64,000 bases of DNA. Origin: Candidatus Eremiobacteria bacterium. Lineage in GTDB: Bacteria; Vulcanimicrobiota; Vulcanimicrobiia; Vulcanimicrobiales; Vulcanimicrobiaceae. Under the pieces are notes generated by a model. The model was not told where the DNA came from and did not search any database. It worked only from the letters and a program-made list of their open reading frames with translations. The stretch is from assembly GCA_963737065.1 (NCBI GenBank), contig CAVTRC010000001.1, positions 864,001-928,000 on the forward strand, given 5' to 3'. Positions 31,102 through 41,244 of this stretch are shown in pieces; the first letter of the stretch is position 1; each line of letters opens with the position of its first letter. The translations under genes were made by a program, and so were the position numbers.

Positions 31102-33291
31102 ATGGTCAATTCACGGGCCGTCGATTTGCGAGTGCCCTTTGTAGGGCGTACCTCCGAGTTCCGGCAACTGCTCGCTTTTTTGAAGCAGGGCGGGTTTGTC
31201 ACTCTCGTTGGTCCCGGGGGCGTTGGAAAATCGCGGCTAGCGTACGAGGCGGTATCGCAGTTCGAGCGCGACTCCGGGTGGCAAGCGGCCTTCGTGAGCC
31301 TGGCCGGCGTCTCGCCCGAAGCGGTTCTCGGTGCGGTCATGGGCACGCTCGAGGTTTCCGAGGAGCCCGGCCGTCCGCGCATCGACACGCTACGTGACGC
31401 CCTTTCCGAGACGCCGCTCGTTCTCGTCCTCGACAACTGCGAGCACGCGCCGGACGAAATCAGCGCGCTGATGGATCAGCTGCGCACCGTTGAAGGTCTC
31501 ACGATCGTCGCGACGAGCCAGCGGCGGCTGGACTATGCCGAAGAAGAGGTGTTCGAACTTGAACCGCTGACGGTTGATGAAGCAGTCGCGTTCTTCTACG
31601 AGCGCGCTCAAATCGAACCAAAGGCCGTAACGGGAGACGTCGAGGATACGGTGACGTCGATCGTGCGCACGCTCGATGGTCTTCCCGTCGCCGTGGACCT
31701 CGCTGCGGCCCGGCTTGCTTCGCTTTCGCTGCAAGAACTCGCCGCGGAATTGAAGTCCTTGCGGCCGTACCATCTGCGCTCGACGCGCGGCTTGGATCCG
31801 CGGCACCGCACGATCGGAAACGTCATCGCATGGAGCTTCTCGCGCCTCAGCGAGCACGCGAAGCGCGCGTTCGCGATTTCCTCGCTCTTCGCCGACGAGT
31901 TCGACGTTCAAGACATCGCGTTCGTCGCGTCGATCGATGCGATCGACGCGTCGTTCGCACTCGATGAAGTAGCCGAAACGTCGCTCGTGATGCGTACGGA
32001 GTTCGGGTACCGTATGCTCTCGCCGATTCGCGCGGTCGCCGCGCGTTCGCTCGCCGCGATGTCGAACCGGCGTGGATACGAGGAGCGGTTTGCGCTGCGC
32101 ATGGACGGCGTCGCGGCGGAGCTCTGGGAGCAAATTCGCGCGGCGAACGCGGGTGCAGCGATGTATCGGCTCTTCCTGCGGTACAACGATTTCTGCAACG
32201 CGATCGGCTGGGCCATGAAACGTCCGGGAGATCGTTTTGCATTGATTCCCGCGATTATGACGACGATGATCGCGGCGTGGGCCGAAGGCGGCCGATTCAG
32301 CGAAGGGTTGATGTGGGTCGAACGCCTGGAGAGCGTCGCCGATCGGTTGAAACCGAACCTACGCGGACGCATCCATTACTTAGGTCTTTGCGTTGCGCAC
32401 GCGGCCGGCGAATACCAGCGTATGCTCGTTCGAGCGCCCGCAACGATCTCGTCGTTTACGATTTCCGGCGATCGTCTCGGCCTCGCGCGCGCGTATAACG
32501 CACTCGCTGCCGCGGCATTTCACACCGGCGTTTTGGATGACGCATGGAAATACGCAGAAATGGCGCTCCACCTCTACGATCAAATGGGACACAAGCGCGG
32601 CGTCGCCGCGGCGCTGGTAAATCAAGGGAACGTCGTTCTAGAAGGTTACGATGATGCCGGTCGCGCGCGGCTGGTGTTCCGTAATGCGCACGCGCTCTTA
32701 GAAACCGACGGAACCGACGCGCTCATCGGTATCGCGCTCGGAAATCTCGCCGAGGTCGAGTACGTGACGATGGAGTACGACAAAAGCAACGAGTATGCGG
32801 TCGCGGCGACGGCGCGCTTCGAAGCCGCGGCAAGCCTCGCGCATATTGCGTGGGCGCATGAAACGCAAGCGCGCGTCGCGATCGCGCGCAGCCTTGCGCC
32901 GGCGGCGAAAGAGCACCTTCATCTCGCTTGCGATTTACTGCGTCGCACGCCGCAGCCGCAATTCATCGCGCGTTTGGGCGAGGTGATCGCCCGGCTGCTG
33001 ATTTTCGTCGGACAGGATCAGGAGGCTGCGCTCGCGCTGACCGCGTCGAGCCGGTTGCGCCACGCGCGCTCGCTCGTTCGCATGGGATTCATCGAGCGCG
33101 AGACGACGACGGACGAAGCGATTCTGCGTGACCGCCTAGGCGAAAGTGCGCTCGCCAACGTCGCGACGCGCGTCGGAGGCTGGGATTTGGGACATCTGAC
33201 GAGCTTTTTCCAAGCGCTGCTGGTCGGGATAGGTCGAAGCGAAACGTGGCGAACACCTGATATAGTAGGCGAGCCGAAAATCCACAGTTAA
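31102..33291 (+). CDS. STAND-type (NB-ARC-like) ATPase with TPR region
   Basis: FVGR; GPGGVGKS; LVLDNCEH; GLPVA; helical TPR-like C-terminus; start 31084 or 31102. Confidence 0.85.
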   Translation: MVNSRAVDLRVPFVGRTSEFRQLLAFLKQGGFVTLVGPGGVGKSRLAYEAVSQFERDSGWQAAFVSLAGVSPEAVLGAVMGTLEVSEEPGRPRIDTLRDALSETPLVLVLDNCEHAPDEISALMDQLRTVEGLTIVATSQRRLDYAEEEVFELEPLTVDEAVAFFYERAQIEPKAVTGDVEDTVTSIVRTLDGLPVAVDLAAARLASLSLQELAAELKSLRPYHLRSTRGLDPRHRTIGNVIAWSFSRLSEHAKRAFAISSLFADEFDVQDIAFVASIDAIDASFALDEVAETSLVMRTEFGYRMLSPIRAVAARSLAAMSNRRGYEERFALRMDGVAAELWEQIRAANAGAAMYRLFLRYNDFCNAIGWAMKRPGDRFALIPAIMTTMIAAWAEGGRFSEGLMWVERLESVADRLKPNLRGRIHYLGLCVAHAAGEYQRMLVRAPATISSFTISGDRLGLARAYNALAAAAFHTGVLDDAWKYAEMALHLYDQMGHKRGVAAALVNQGNVVLEGYDDAGRARLVFRNAHALLETDGTDALIGIALGNLAEVEYVTMEYDKSNEYAVAATARFEAAASLAHIAWAHETQARVAIARSLAPAAKEHLHLACDLLRRTPQPQFIARLGEVIARLLIFVGQDQEAALALTASSRLRHARSLVRMGFIERETTTDEAILRDRLGESALANVATRVGGWDLGHLTSFFQALLVGIGRSETWRTPDIVGEPKIHS

Positions 33292-33320
33292 GTGGTTCGC
33301 CGTTAGAACAGGAGTTAGCA

Positions 33321-34766
33321 GTGGCGCAACATCAGGTCGACGCGGTCGTGATCGGAGCCGGACCGGGCGGATATCATGCGGCCATCCGGCTGGGACAATT
33401 GGGAAAGAAAGTCGTCTGTGTCGACCGCGATGAGGTCGGCGGTGTTTGCCTCAACTGGGGCTGCATTCCGACGAAAGCGTTGCTTCACGTAGGCGAAGTT
33501 ATTCGTCATATCGATCACGCGGCAGCGATCGGGCTCAAGGTTCCGAAAGCCGACGTGGATCGCGAAGGCGTCGCGAAGTTCAAGACCGACGTCGTCAATG
33601 CGAACGTCGGCGGCGTGAAGACGCTCTTCAAGGCAAACAACGTTGAATTCATGTACGGCGACGCGAGCTTCAAAGACGCGAACACCGTGGTCGTCAAGAA
33701 AAAGGACGGCGGCGAAGACGAACTCTCCGCGCAGAGCGTCGTGATCGCGACCGGCTCCGCACCAATCGACGTCAAGGCGTGGCCGCGCGACGGCGAGTAC
33801 ATCATCAACTCGGATGACGCGGTGCAAATGAAACGGATTCCGAAAAACATGCTCGTCATCGGCGGCGGTGTGATCGGGCTGGAGTTCGCAACCGTATTCA
33901 CGCGCGTCGGCGCGAAGGTTCTCGTGATCGAAGCACTGCCGCAAATTCTCACCGGTACCGATCTCGAAATCTCGAAGACGCTGCAACGTATCCTCAAGAA
34001 ACAGGGCGTCGAGATCATGCTCGATACGAAAGTGGGTGCACTCGAGAAATCCAAGAACGGCGTTAAAGCGACGTTCAACGGCGAAGGCACGAACGGAAAA
34101 GACGAGACGCGCGAGTTCGACATGGTGCTCGTCGCCGTCGGCCGTCGTCCTGTGACCGATACGCTGAACCTTTCGGCAGCGGGTCTGGCGACGGACGATA
34201 AGGGGTTCATCACAACCGATGCCCAGATGCGCACAAACCTGGCGAACGTCTTTGCCATCGGCGACGTCACCGGTCAGCCGCTGCTCGCACACCGCGCGAT
34301 GAAACAAGGCGTCGTCGCGGCAGAAGCAATCTCCGGCGACAAATCCGCCGCATTCGACCCCGTAGCAATACCGAATTGCGTGTACACCGATCCTGAAGTC
34401 GCCACCGTCGGATTGTCGGAGGAAGAAGCGAAAGCCAAAGGCTACGAAGTGCGCATCGGGAAGTTCCCGCTCGCCGCGAGCGGCCGCGCGCGCACGATGA
34501 ACGAAACCGACGGCTTGATCAAACTCGTCGGAGATGCAAAAACCGACATGCTCCTCGGCATGCACGTCGTGGCACCGCAAGCGGAGTCTCTGATCGGCGA
34601 AGGGGTTATCGCGCTCGAAATGGGCGCAACGCTCGAGGACATCGGCCTGTCCGTGCACCCGCATCCGACGCTTACCGAAGGCATCATGGACGCGGCCGAA
34701 GCGGCGCACGGCAAAGCGATCCACATCGTGAATCCCAAGCCGAAGACTCCCGTAGGCGCGAAGTAG
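33321..34766 (+). CDS. lpdA: Dihydrolipoyl dehydrogenase
   Basis: GAGPGGY; GGVCLNWGCIPTK; HPHPTLTE; AGGAG RBS. Confidence 0.97.
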   Translation: MAQHQVDAVVIGAGPGGYHAAIRLGQLGKKVVCVDRDEVGGVCLNWGCIPTKALLHVGEVIRHIDHAAAIGLKVPKADVDREGVAKFKTDVVNANVGGVKTLFKANNVEFMYGDASFKDANTVVVKKKDGGEDELSAQSVVIATGSAPIDVKAWPRDGEYIINSDDAVQMKRIPKNMLVIGGGVIGLEFATVFTRVGAKVLVIEALPQILTGTDLEISKTLQRILKKQGVEIMLDTKVGALEKSKNGVKATFNGEGTNGKDETREFDMVLVAVGRRPVTDTLNLSAAGLATDDKGFITTDAQMRTNLANVFAIGDVTGQPLLAHRAMKQGVVAAEAISGDKSAAFDPVAIPNCVYTDPEVATVGLSEEEAKAKGYEVRIGKFPLAASGRARTMNETDGLIKLVGDAKTDMLLGMHVVAPQAESLIGEGVIALEMGATLEDIGLSVHPHPTLTEGIMDAAEAAHGKAIHIVNPKPKTPVGAK

Positions 34767-34788
34767 GGCAGCGCTGCGTATCCCCGCG

Positions 34789-34944
34789 GTTGAGATTCAG
34801 CGCTCTGAGGCGTTAGTCGTGGGGACGCCCGATTTTTCACGTCGTGTGAAAAATCGGCCTCGCCTCGTCGTCGCTCCAGCGCATCCTGCGCCCGCTCCTC
34901 CTCACACGCCCCGCGACCAACGCCTCAGAGCGCTGAACCTCAAC
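34789..34944. repeat. MITE/REPIN-like element with 36-bp inverted arms and an internal hairpin
   Basis: Arms 34789-34824 and 34909-34944 are complementary with 3 transition mismatches; inner 12-bp perfect stem 34829-34857. Confidence 0.8.
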
Positions 34945-34970
34945 GGCTCTATACGAGCGTTGTAAACATA

Positions 34971-35645
34971 ATGGCATCGCAAGCGAAGTTGCTCGATCTC
35001 GGTTTGCGTCCGTACCGCGAGGTTTGGGGGATTCAGCATGCGATTCACGATGCGGTGGCGAGGGGGGAATCGGCGGATACATGGATTTTCGTCGAGCACA
35101 CGCCGGTCGTTACGATGGGGCGCAACGCCAAGCGCGAGAATGTTTTGCTTTCCGCGCAAGTGCTGGAGCGGCGCGGTGTGGATCTCGTTGAGATTGAACG
35201 GGGCGGAGATGTCACGTATCACGGTCCCGGGCAGTTGGTCGTCTATCCGATTCGGAAGATGGAGCGGTTTCGCGAAGTCGTGCCGTTGGTGCGAGCGCTC
35301 GAAGGCGCGGTGATCGATATGGTGAGCGGATACGGCATAGTGGCCGAGCGGTGGAAGGAGCACGCGGGCGTGTGGGTCGGCCGGGATCAGATTTGCGCGA
35401 TTGGCCTCGCCGTACAGAAAATGGTATCGTTGCACGGGATTGCGCTCAACGTATCGACCGAGTTGGAGTATGACCGGTTGATCAATCCTTGCGGGCTGAC
35501 CGATCGGGGTGTGACGTCGATTTCGGAACAACTCGGCCGCACGGTCTGCGTCGCTGAAGCGAAACCGCTCCTAGAAGCGGCGCTGGCACGAGGCTTCGAC
35601 ATAGAATTCGTCCGGGACACTTCATGGCAGTTGACATCGACTTAA
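34971..35645 (+). CDS. lipB: Lipoyl(octanoyl) transferase
   Basis: EHTPVVTMG; RGGDVTYHGPGQLVVYP; HGIALN; PCGL. Confidence 0.96.
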   Translation: MASQAKLLDLGLRPYREVWGIQHAIHDAVARGESADTWIFVEHTPVVTMGRNAKRENVLLSAQVLERRGVDLVEIERGGDVTYHGPGQLVVYPIRKMERFREVVPLVRALEGAVIDMVSGYGIVAERWKEHAGVWVGRDQICAIGLAVQKMVSLHGIALNVSTELEYDRLINPCGLTDRGVTSISEQLGRTVCVAEAKPLLEAALARGFDIEFVRDTSWQLTST

Positions 35646-36553
35646 TCAATAACCCGCTTTCGGCTCCCAAGCGCGGGTTCGCGCCCGAAGCCCCAAGGCA
35701 TGTTCGTAAGCCCGATTGGCTGCGTGTTTCGCTGCCGATCGGCGACGATTACGAGCGGGTCAAGGCTAAGGTGAACGCGCTGCGGCTGAACACGGTGTGT
35801 AAGGAAGCAGCGTGTCCGAATATTGCCGAGTGCTGGGGCGCCGGCACGGCGACGATCATGATTCTCGGCGACACGTGCACGCGCGGATGCCGCTTCTGCA
35901 ATGTGAAAACCGGTAACCCGAAAGGCGTGGTCGACTGGATGGAGCCGGTTCGCGTCGCGGAAGCCGTCCGCGATCTCGGCTGGAACTACCTCGTGTTGAC
36001 TGCGGTCGACCGTGATGATCTGCCCGACGGCGGCGCGCTTATCTTCGCAAACACGGTGCGTGCGATTCACGAACGCGTGCCCGGGTCGAAAGTGGAAATT
36101 CTGAGCGGCGATTATCGGGGCGACCACAACGCGCTCGATATCGTGATGGATGCGAAGCCCGACGTATTTGCTCACAACTTGGAAACGGTGCGTCGCCTAA
36201 CACCGACCGTGCGCGATAAGCGCGCGGCTTACGATCAGTCGTTGCGAATCTTGGAACATGCCAAAAAGCGGGCACCGGAGCGTTATACGAAGACGTCGCT
36301 GATGCTCGGTCTCGGTGAAGCCGACGAAGAAATCGAGGCGGCAATGAACGACGCCCGCAACGCCGGCGTGGACATTTTCACGATGGGCCAGTATCTTCAA
36401 CCGACGAAAAAGCACCTACGCGTCGCAGAGTTCGTTACACCGGAGAAGTTCGCGCGTCTCGGCGCTTTAGCGCGTGGAAAAGGCTTCCATCAAGTGGTTT
36501 CGAGTCCGCTATCCCGATCGTCATATCACGCAGAGCAAGCTTTTTTGCCTTGA
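35624..36553 (+). CDS. lipA: Lipoyl synthase
   Basis: CKEAACPNIAECW; CTRGCRFC; RSSYHA. Confidence 0.98.
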   Translation: MAVDIDLINNPLSAPKRGFAPEAPRHVRKPDWLRVSLPIGDDYERVKAKVNALRLNTVCKEAACPNIAECWGAGTATIMILGDTCTRGCRFCNVKTGNPKGVVDWMEPVRVAEAVRDLGWNYLVLTAVDRDDLPDGGALIFANTVRAIHERVPGSKVEILSGDYRGDHNALDIVMDAKPDVFAHNLETVRRLTPTVRDKRAAYDQSLRILEHAKKRAPERYTKTSLMLGLGEADEEIEAAMNDARNAGVDIFTMGQYLQPTKKHLRVAEFVTPEKFARLGALARGKGFHQVVSSPLSRSSYHAEQAFLP

Positions 36554-36594
36554 GATGCAACCCGGGTCGTAATCTTGAACCTTAGAAGGTTGAT

Positions 36595-39500
36595 ATGACG
36601 GCGTTCTTCCTCAAGCGGCCGATTATGGCCATCGTCTGCTCCGTGGTCATTATCATCATGGGGCTGGTCGCAATTCCGATTCTGCCGATCTCGCAGTATC
36701 CGCAGATTACGCCTCCCGTCGTGACGGTGTCGGCAACATATCTCGGTGCGAGCCCGCAATCGGTCGAAAGCGCCGTCACCACTCCGCTCGAGAACGCGAT
36801 CAACGGCGTCGAAGGGCTACGGTACATCAGTTCGACGAGCAGCCAGGGACAGTCGACCGTTACGGCGACGTTCAATCTCGGGACGAACCTTGATATTGCG
36901 GCGACCGACGTGCAAAACGCGGTGCAATCGGCACTCGGGCTTCTGCCGAACGAAGTCAAACAAATCGGCGTCACCGTAAGCAAGAACAACGGTTCATTCG
37001 TGATGGCGCTCGCGCTGCTTTCGAACAACGGTTCGCACGACTCCATTTTCCTCAGCAACTACGCCGAGCTAAACATCGTCAACGATCTCAAACGCGTTCC
37101 CGGCGTTTCGAGCGTGATGATCTTCGGACAACGCCGCTACGCGATGCGTATCTGGCTCAATCCGCACGAATTGCAAGCGCGCGGGCTTGCCACGACCGAC
37201 GTCGTGAGCGCGCTTCAGGAGCAGAACGTCAACGTCGCGGCCGGCAGCATCGGGAGCGCGCCGCAGCCGGCGAACCAACCGTATACGATCGCGGTCAACG
37301 CCGTCGGACGCTTGAGCGATCCCAAGCAATTCGCGAACATCATTTTGCGTGCCGACCCGAACGGTGGGTTCACGAAGCTCGGCGACGTCGCGCGGATAGA
37401 ACTCGGCGCCGAGGATTACAACAGTTTCATCCGTTTCGACGGCAACCAGAACGTCGTCGGTCTCGGCATTCAGCAACTGCCCTCCGCCAACGCGCTGACC
37501 GTTGCGCAGGGCGTCCGCACGCGGCTGGACCAGCTCGCGAAGAGCTTTCCGCCGGATGTCAAGTACAAGGTTGCGTTCGACACGACGCTCTTCGTCAAAG
37601 AATCGATCAAGGAAGTCGTCATCACACTTCTGCTATCCATTTTGCTTGTCGTGCTCGTGATTTACCTATTTCTGCAGAGCGGCCGTTCGACGTTAATTCC
37701 GGCGACGACGATTCCGATTTCATTGATCGGGACGTTCTTCGTCATGAAGATCTTCGACTTCACGATCAACACGATCACGCTTTTCGGATTGACGCTCGCC
37801 GCGGGTCTCGTCGTCGACGACGCCATCGTGGTCATCGAAAATATCGCGCGCTACATGAAAGAACACCACCTGGGCGGCATCGACGGCGCGAAGGCCGCGA
37901 TGGAGGAGATCCAAAGCGCCGTCGTCGCGTCGTCGCTCGTCCTCTTTTCGGTGTTCACGCCCGTGGCGTTCTTTCCCGGAACGACGGGCCTGCTCTACAA
38001 GCAGTTCGCGCTGACGATCACGGCCTCGATCTGCATTTCACTGTTCGCGGCTTTGACGCTTACGCCGGTTCTCTCGTCGATTCTTCTGCACGACAAGCCG
38101 GAAGCGACGACCGGATTCTTCGGCGCCTTCAACCGCACGTTCTACGGATTCCGCGAGTGGTACGGCAAGGAGCTGCCGCACTATTTCCGGCGGCGCTGGA
38201 TCGTCGTCGGACTGTTCGCGCTCGCACTCGCGCTGACCGGATTCCTCTTCGTGAAGACGCCGAAAGGCTTCATTCCGACCGAAGATCAGGGGTTCTTGAT
38301 GGTCTTCGTTCAAGCGCCCGAAGGAACGTCGCTCGCGAACGAACACAAGGTCGCGCTGAAGGCGGAAAACATCGTGCGCAACACGGACGGCGTACACGAC
38401 GTGTTCGACGTCGGCGGTTTCAGCTTCACGGGCGCGCAGCCGAACCTCGGAATCATGTTCGTTCAGCTCGATCCTTGGAGCGACCGGAAAACGATGTCAA
38501 CGTCGCCGCTCGGCATGCTCTACGTCGGTCCGAATGCGATGCAACCAAAGTTCACCAAGCAGATTCCCGAGGCAAGCGTATTCGGTATTCAGCCGCCGCC
38601 GATCTTCGGTATCGATACGCTCGGCTTCAGTTGGGAATTGGAAGATCGCGGCAACGTCGGCTTGCCGAAGCTCTATTCGATTGCGCAAAAATATATCGCC
38701 GCCGCACCGCAAGGCAACACGACCGAGCCGTTCTCGCTGTTGACCCAGTACCGCATCGATTCGCCACAGCTTCAGATGAACATCGACCGCAACAAGGCCA
38801 AGTCGATCGGCGTATCGCTTTCCGACGTGTTCAACACGTTGCAAGTGAACCTGGGATCGCTTTATGTCAATGACTTCAATTACTTAAACCGGTCATATCA
38901 CGTCTACGTGCAGGCCGACGAACCGTATCGCACGCGCGTTACCGATCTCCAGGACCTCTACGTCCGTTCGAACAACGGTGGACTGAGCCCGATTGCGGCC
39001 CTTGCAAATACCAGCCTGCAGAACACGGCGCCGAACATCACGCACTATAATCTGTTCCGCAACATCGAACTGAGCGGACAGGTTGCGCCGGGCGCAAGCT
39101 CCGGTACGGCGATCGCCGGCATGCAAAAGCTCGCGAAGACGCTCGATCCTCCGGGCGTCTCGTACGAGTGGTCCGGCTTGACGCTCGATGAGATTCAGTC
39201 CGGATCGCAGACGATCATCATCTTCTCGCTCGGCATCATCTTCGTCTTTTTGGTGCTCGCCGCGCAATACGAAAGCTTCATCGATCCGCTGATCGTACTT
39301 CTTGCGGTGCCGGCGGCGCTGCTCGGCGCATTGATCTTCATGAATTACCGCGACATCATGAGCATCGGCTTCTTCATCTTGCCGGAGAAGTTGCATTTCA
39401 TTCCGTGGTTTTTGGCCGGCGCCCAGCCGGGAATCTCGCAGGACGCATACGCGCAAGTCGGCTACGTTATGCTGATCGGTCTCGCCGCAAAGAGCGCCAT

Positions 39501-39855
39501 TTTGATCGTCGAGTTTGCCAACCAGCAGGTGCGCGCCGGAGCCGACGTGGTGACGGCGGCGATGCGGGCCGCGCGCACGCGACTCCGCCCGATCCTCATG
39601 ACGTCGATCGCGTTCGTCATTGCGATGCTGCCGCTGGTCTACGCGTCGGGCGCGGGCAGCGCCGCCCGGCACTCCCTCGGAACCGTCGTGTTCGGCGGCA
39701 TGCTCTTCGCGACGTTGCTGAATCTCGCGATCACGCCGGTGCTTTACGTGATCATCAAGGGCTTCGAGCTGCGCGGCCACCGCGGCCGCAACGGCAAGCT
39801 GCGCGACGGCCACGCTGTCACGGACGAAGCAACGCCGGTACCTTCCAACGTTTAG
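36595..39855 (+). CDS. RND efflux permease (AcrB/HAE1 family)
   Basis: FLKRPI; QYPQITPP; GLVVDDAIVVIEN; RLRPILMT. Confidence 0.96.
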   Translation: MTAFFLKRPIMAIVCSVVIIIMGLVAIPILPISQYPQITPPVVTVSATYLGASPQSVESAVTTPLENAINGVEGLRYISSTSSQGQSTVTATFNLGTNLDIAATDVQNAVQSALGLLPNEVKQIGVTVSKNNGSFVMALALLSNNGSHDSIFLSNYAELNIVNDLKRVPGVSSVMIFGQRRYAMRIWLNPHELQARGLATTDVVSALQEQNVNVAAGSIGSAPQPANQPYTIAVNAVGRLSDPKQFANIILRADPNGGFTKLGDVARIELGAEDYNSFIRFDGNQNVVGLGIQQLPSANALTVAQGVRTRLDQLAKSFPPDVKYKVAFDTTLFVKESIKEVVITLLLSILLVVLVIYLFLQSGRSTLIPATTIPISLIGTFFVMKIFDFTINTITLFGLTLAAGLVVDDAIVVIENIARYMKEHHLGGIDGAKAAMEEIQSAVVASSLVLFSVFTPVAFFPGTTGLLYKQFALTITASICISLFAALTLTPVLSSILLHDKPEATTGFFGAFNRTFYGFREWYGKELPHYFRRRWIVVGLFALALALTGFLFVKTPKGFIPTEDQGFLMVFVQAPEGTSLANEHKVALKAENIVRNTDGVHDVFDVGGFSFTGAQPNLGIMFVQLDPWSDRKTMSTSPLGMLYVGPNAMQPKFTKQIPEASVFGIQPPPIFGIDTLGFSWELEDRGNVGLPKLYSIAQKYIAAAPQGNTTEPFSLLTQYRIDSPQLQMNIDRNKAKSIGVSLSDVFNTLQVNLGSLYVNDFNYLNRSYHVYVQADEPYRTRVTDLQDLYVRSNNGGLSPIAALANTSLQNTAPNITHYNLFRNIELSGQVAPGASSGTAIAGMQKLAKTLDPPGVSYEWSGLTLDEIQSGSQTIIIFSLGIIFVFLVLAAQYESFIDPLIVLLAVPAALLGALIFMNYRDIMSIGFFILPEKLHFIPWFLAGAQPGISQDAYAQVGYVMLIGLAAKSAILIVEFANQQVRAGADVVTAAMRAARTRLRPILMTSIAFVIAMLPLVYASGAGSAARHSLGTVVFGGMLFATLLNLAITPVLYVIIKGFELRGHRGRNGKLRDGHAVTDEATPVPSNV

Positions 39856-39988
39856 TACCTCCGGGCCGGACGCGTGCGACTTCTGACCTAGTTCGACGAA
39901 GGATTTAACGTTCGCTGAAGCAATGGTCCGTGCACCGGAATCTGATACTTTTAATACTCCGGTCCTCCATTGCTTGGGAGTTCACTCT

Positions 39989-41230
39989 ATGCTCAAGTCC
40001 CTCGTCCGGACGGGTGTGGCGCTTCTTATTGCCACGTCGTTCGGTCTTCAGGCGCTTCCGGCGTCTGCCGACGCCGTCGGCGACGCTCTGAGCCAGTCGG
40101 TCGTTCAGGGCGCCAACGTCGGCATCCGGAACGCGATGGACGCGCAGCAGCAACCGAAAGCTCCGTCGGATCAGCCGGTGACGCAGAAGAGCGACCGTGG
40201 TTCGAACGTGGCTCAGGTGCCCCCCGTTGCGCAGGCGCCCGTTGGAGCAGCGATCGGTCTTCCGACCGGCCTGACGTACAGCGCCGACATCTCCGCTGCG
40301 TGGCCGATGGGCGATATCGGCACGACCGGGCACAACTGGCTCCCCGGGGGCGTCGATTTGGTTGCCGGGTACGGGTTCAATCCAACGACGCGCTTCGTTG
40401 CGCAAGTGTACCAATTACAGCACTATCCGGTCGGGTTCAATACGGGGCAAGTGCCGGTGTATCTGCGCGGCTTTGCCAATCCCATTGGCTGCGCGAGCCT
40501 CGACAACACGACCGGTCCGAACGGAAACTGCTCGCCGTCGAATATCAACGTCGCGACGAAAGATTCGATCAATCTATTCAACCTCGAAAAGTTGTTCCTG
40601 ATCGGCGGTTTGCCGGGTGGAAAGAAGCTTCCGATTATTGTTACGCCGACGTATATCGCACGCGTTTCGAAGATTTCGCAATCGGCAGGCAACGCAGACG
40701 TCGTTCCGTTCGCAATCAATCCGCCTGACGGACCGACGTACTACGGCGTGCACACGCGCAGCGCGCAACTGTACGCACTTGCCGTGACGCTTCCGTTTCT
40801 CAAGACACCGAAAATGTTCGGAACGTTCACCGCAGCACCGAGCTGGCTCGTTCATCTCGGAGGCGCGAACATCGAGAACCACACGCAGATTTACCAGATT
40901 CTCTACCTGGAATACCATCCGTATCAGAAGCTCAATCTTTTCTTCGAGCCGCAAAGCTCGCGCGATTACTTGCCGACCGATCGATACGCGCAGCACCTAA
41001 TTGCATATTTCGCCGGTGCGCAGTGGAAATTTAATCCGTACAGCTTCTTCCAAGTTACGCTCAACAGCGGCGGCCCGACGAATGAAGGGGCGTACGGCGT
41101 TCACTCGATCATGTGCGACAACCTCGCACAAGCTGCGACCGGAAATTGCCCGGTGAACATCGGCGGTCTAAAGGCGACGCAGATTCAATTCGCTTACGGC
41201 ATCGGTTCGCCGAGCGTCATTCCATTCTAA
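39989..41230 (+). CDS. Secreted protein, putative outer-membrane beta-barrel
   Basis: GGGAG RBS; signal peptide ending ASA; alternating aromatic/hydrophobic strands; C-terminal Phe. Confidence 0.65.
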   Translation: MLKSLVRTGVALLIATSFGLQALPASADAVGDALSQSVVQGANVGIRNAMDAQQQPKAPSDQPVTQKSDRGSNVAQVPPVAQAPVGAAIGLPTGLTYSADISAAWPMGDIGTTGHNWLPGGVDLVAGYGFNPTTRFVAQVYQLQHYPVGFNTGQVPVYLRGFANPIGCASLDNTTGPNGNCSPSNINVATKDSINLFNLEKLFLIGGLPGGKKLPIIVTPTYIARVSKISQSAGNADVVPFAINPPDGPTYYGVHTRSAQLYALAVTLPFLKTPKMFGTFTAAPSWLVHLGGANIENHTQIYQILYLEYHPYQKLNLFFEPQSSRDYLPTDRYAQHLIAYFAGAQWKFNPYSFFQVTLNSGGPTNEGAYGVHSIMCDNLAQAATGNCPVNIGGLKATQIQFAYGIGSPSVIPF

Positions 41231-41244
41231 GGCGGGGTTAGCAT

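Noticed and set aside
33315..34724. 469-aa ORF antisense to lpdA
   Set aside because: Shadow frame of a biased high-GC gene; no motifs
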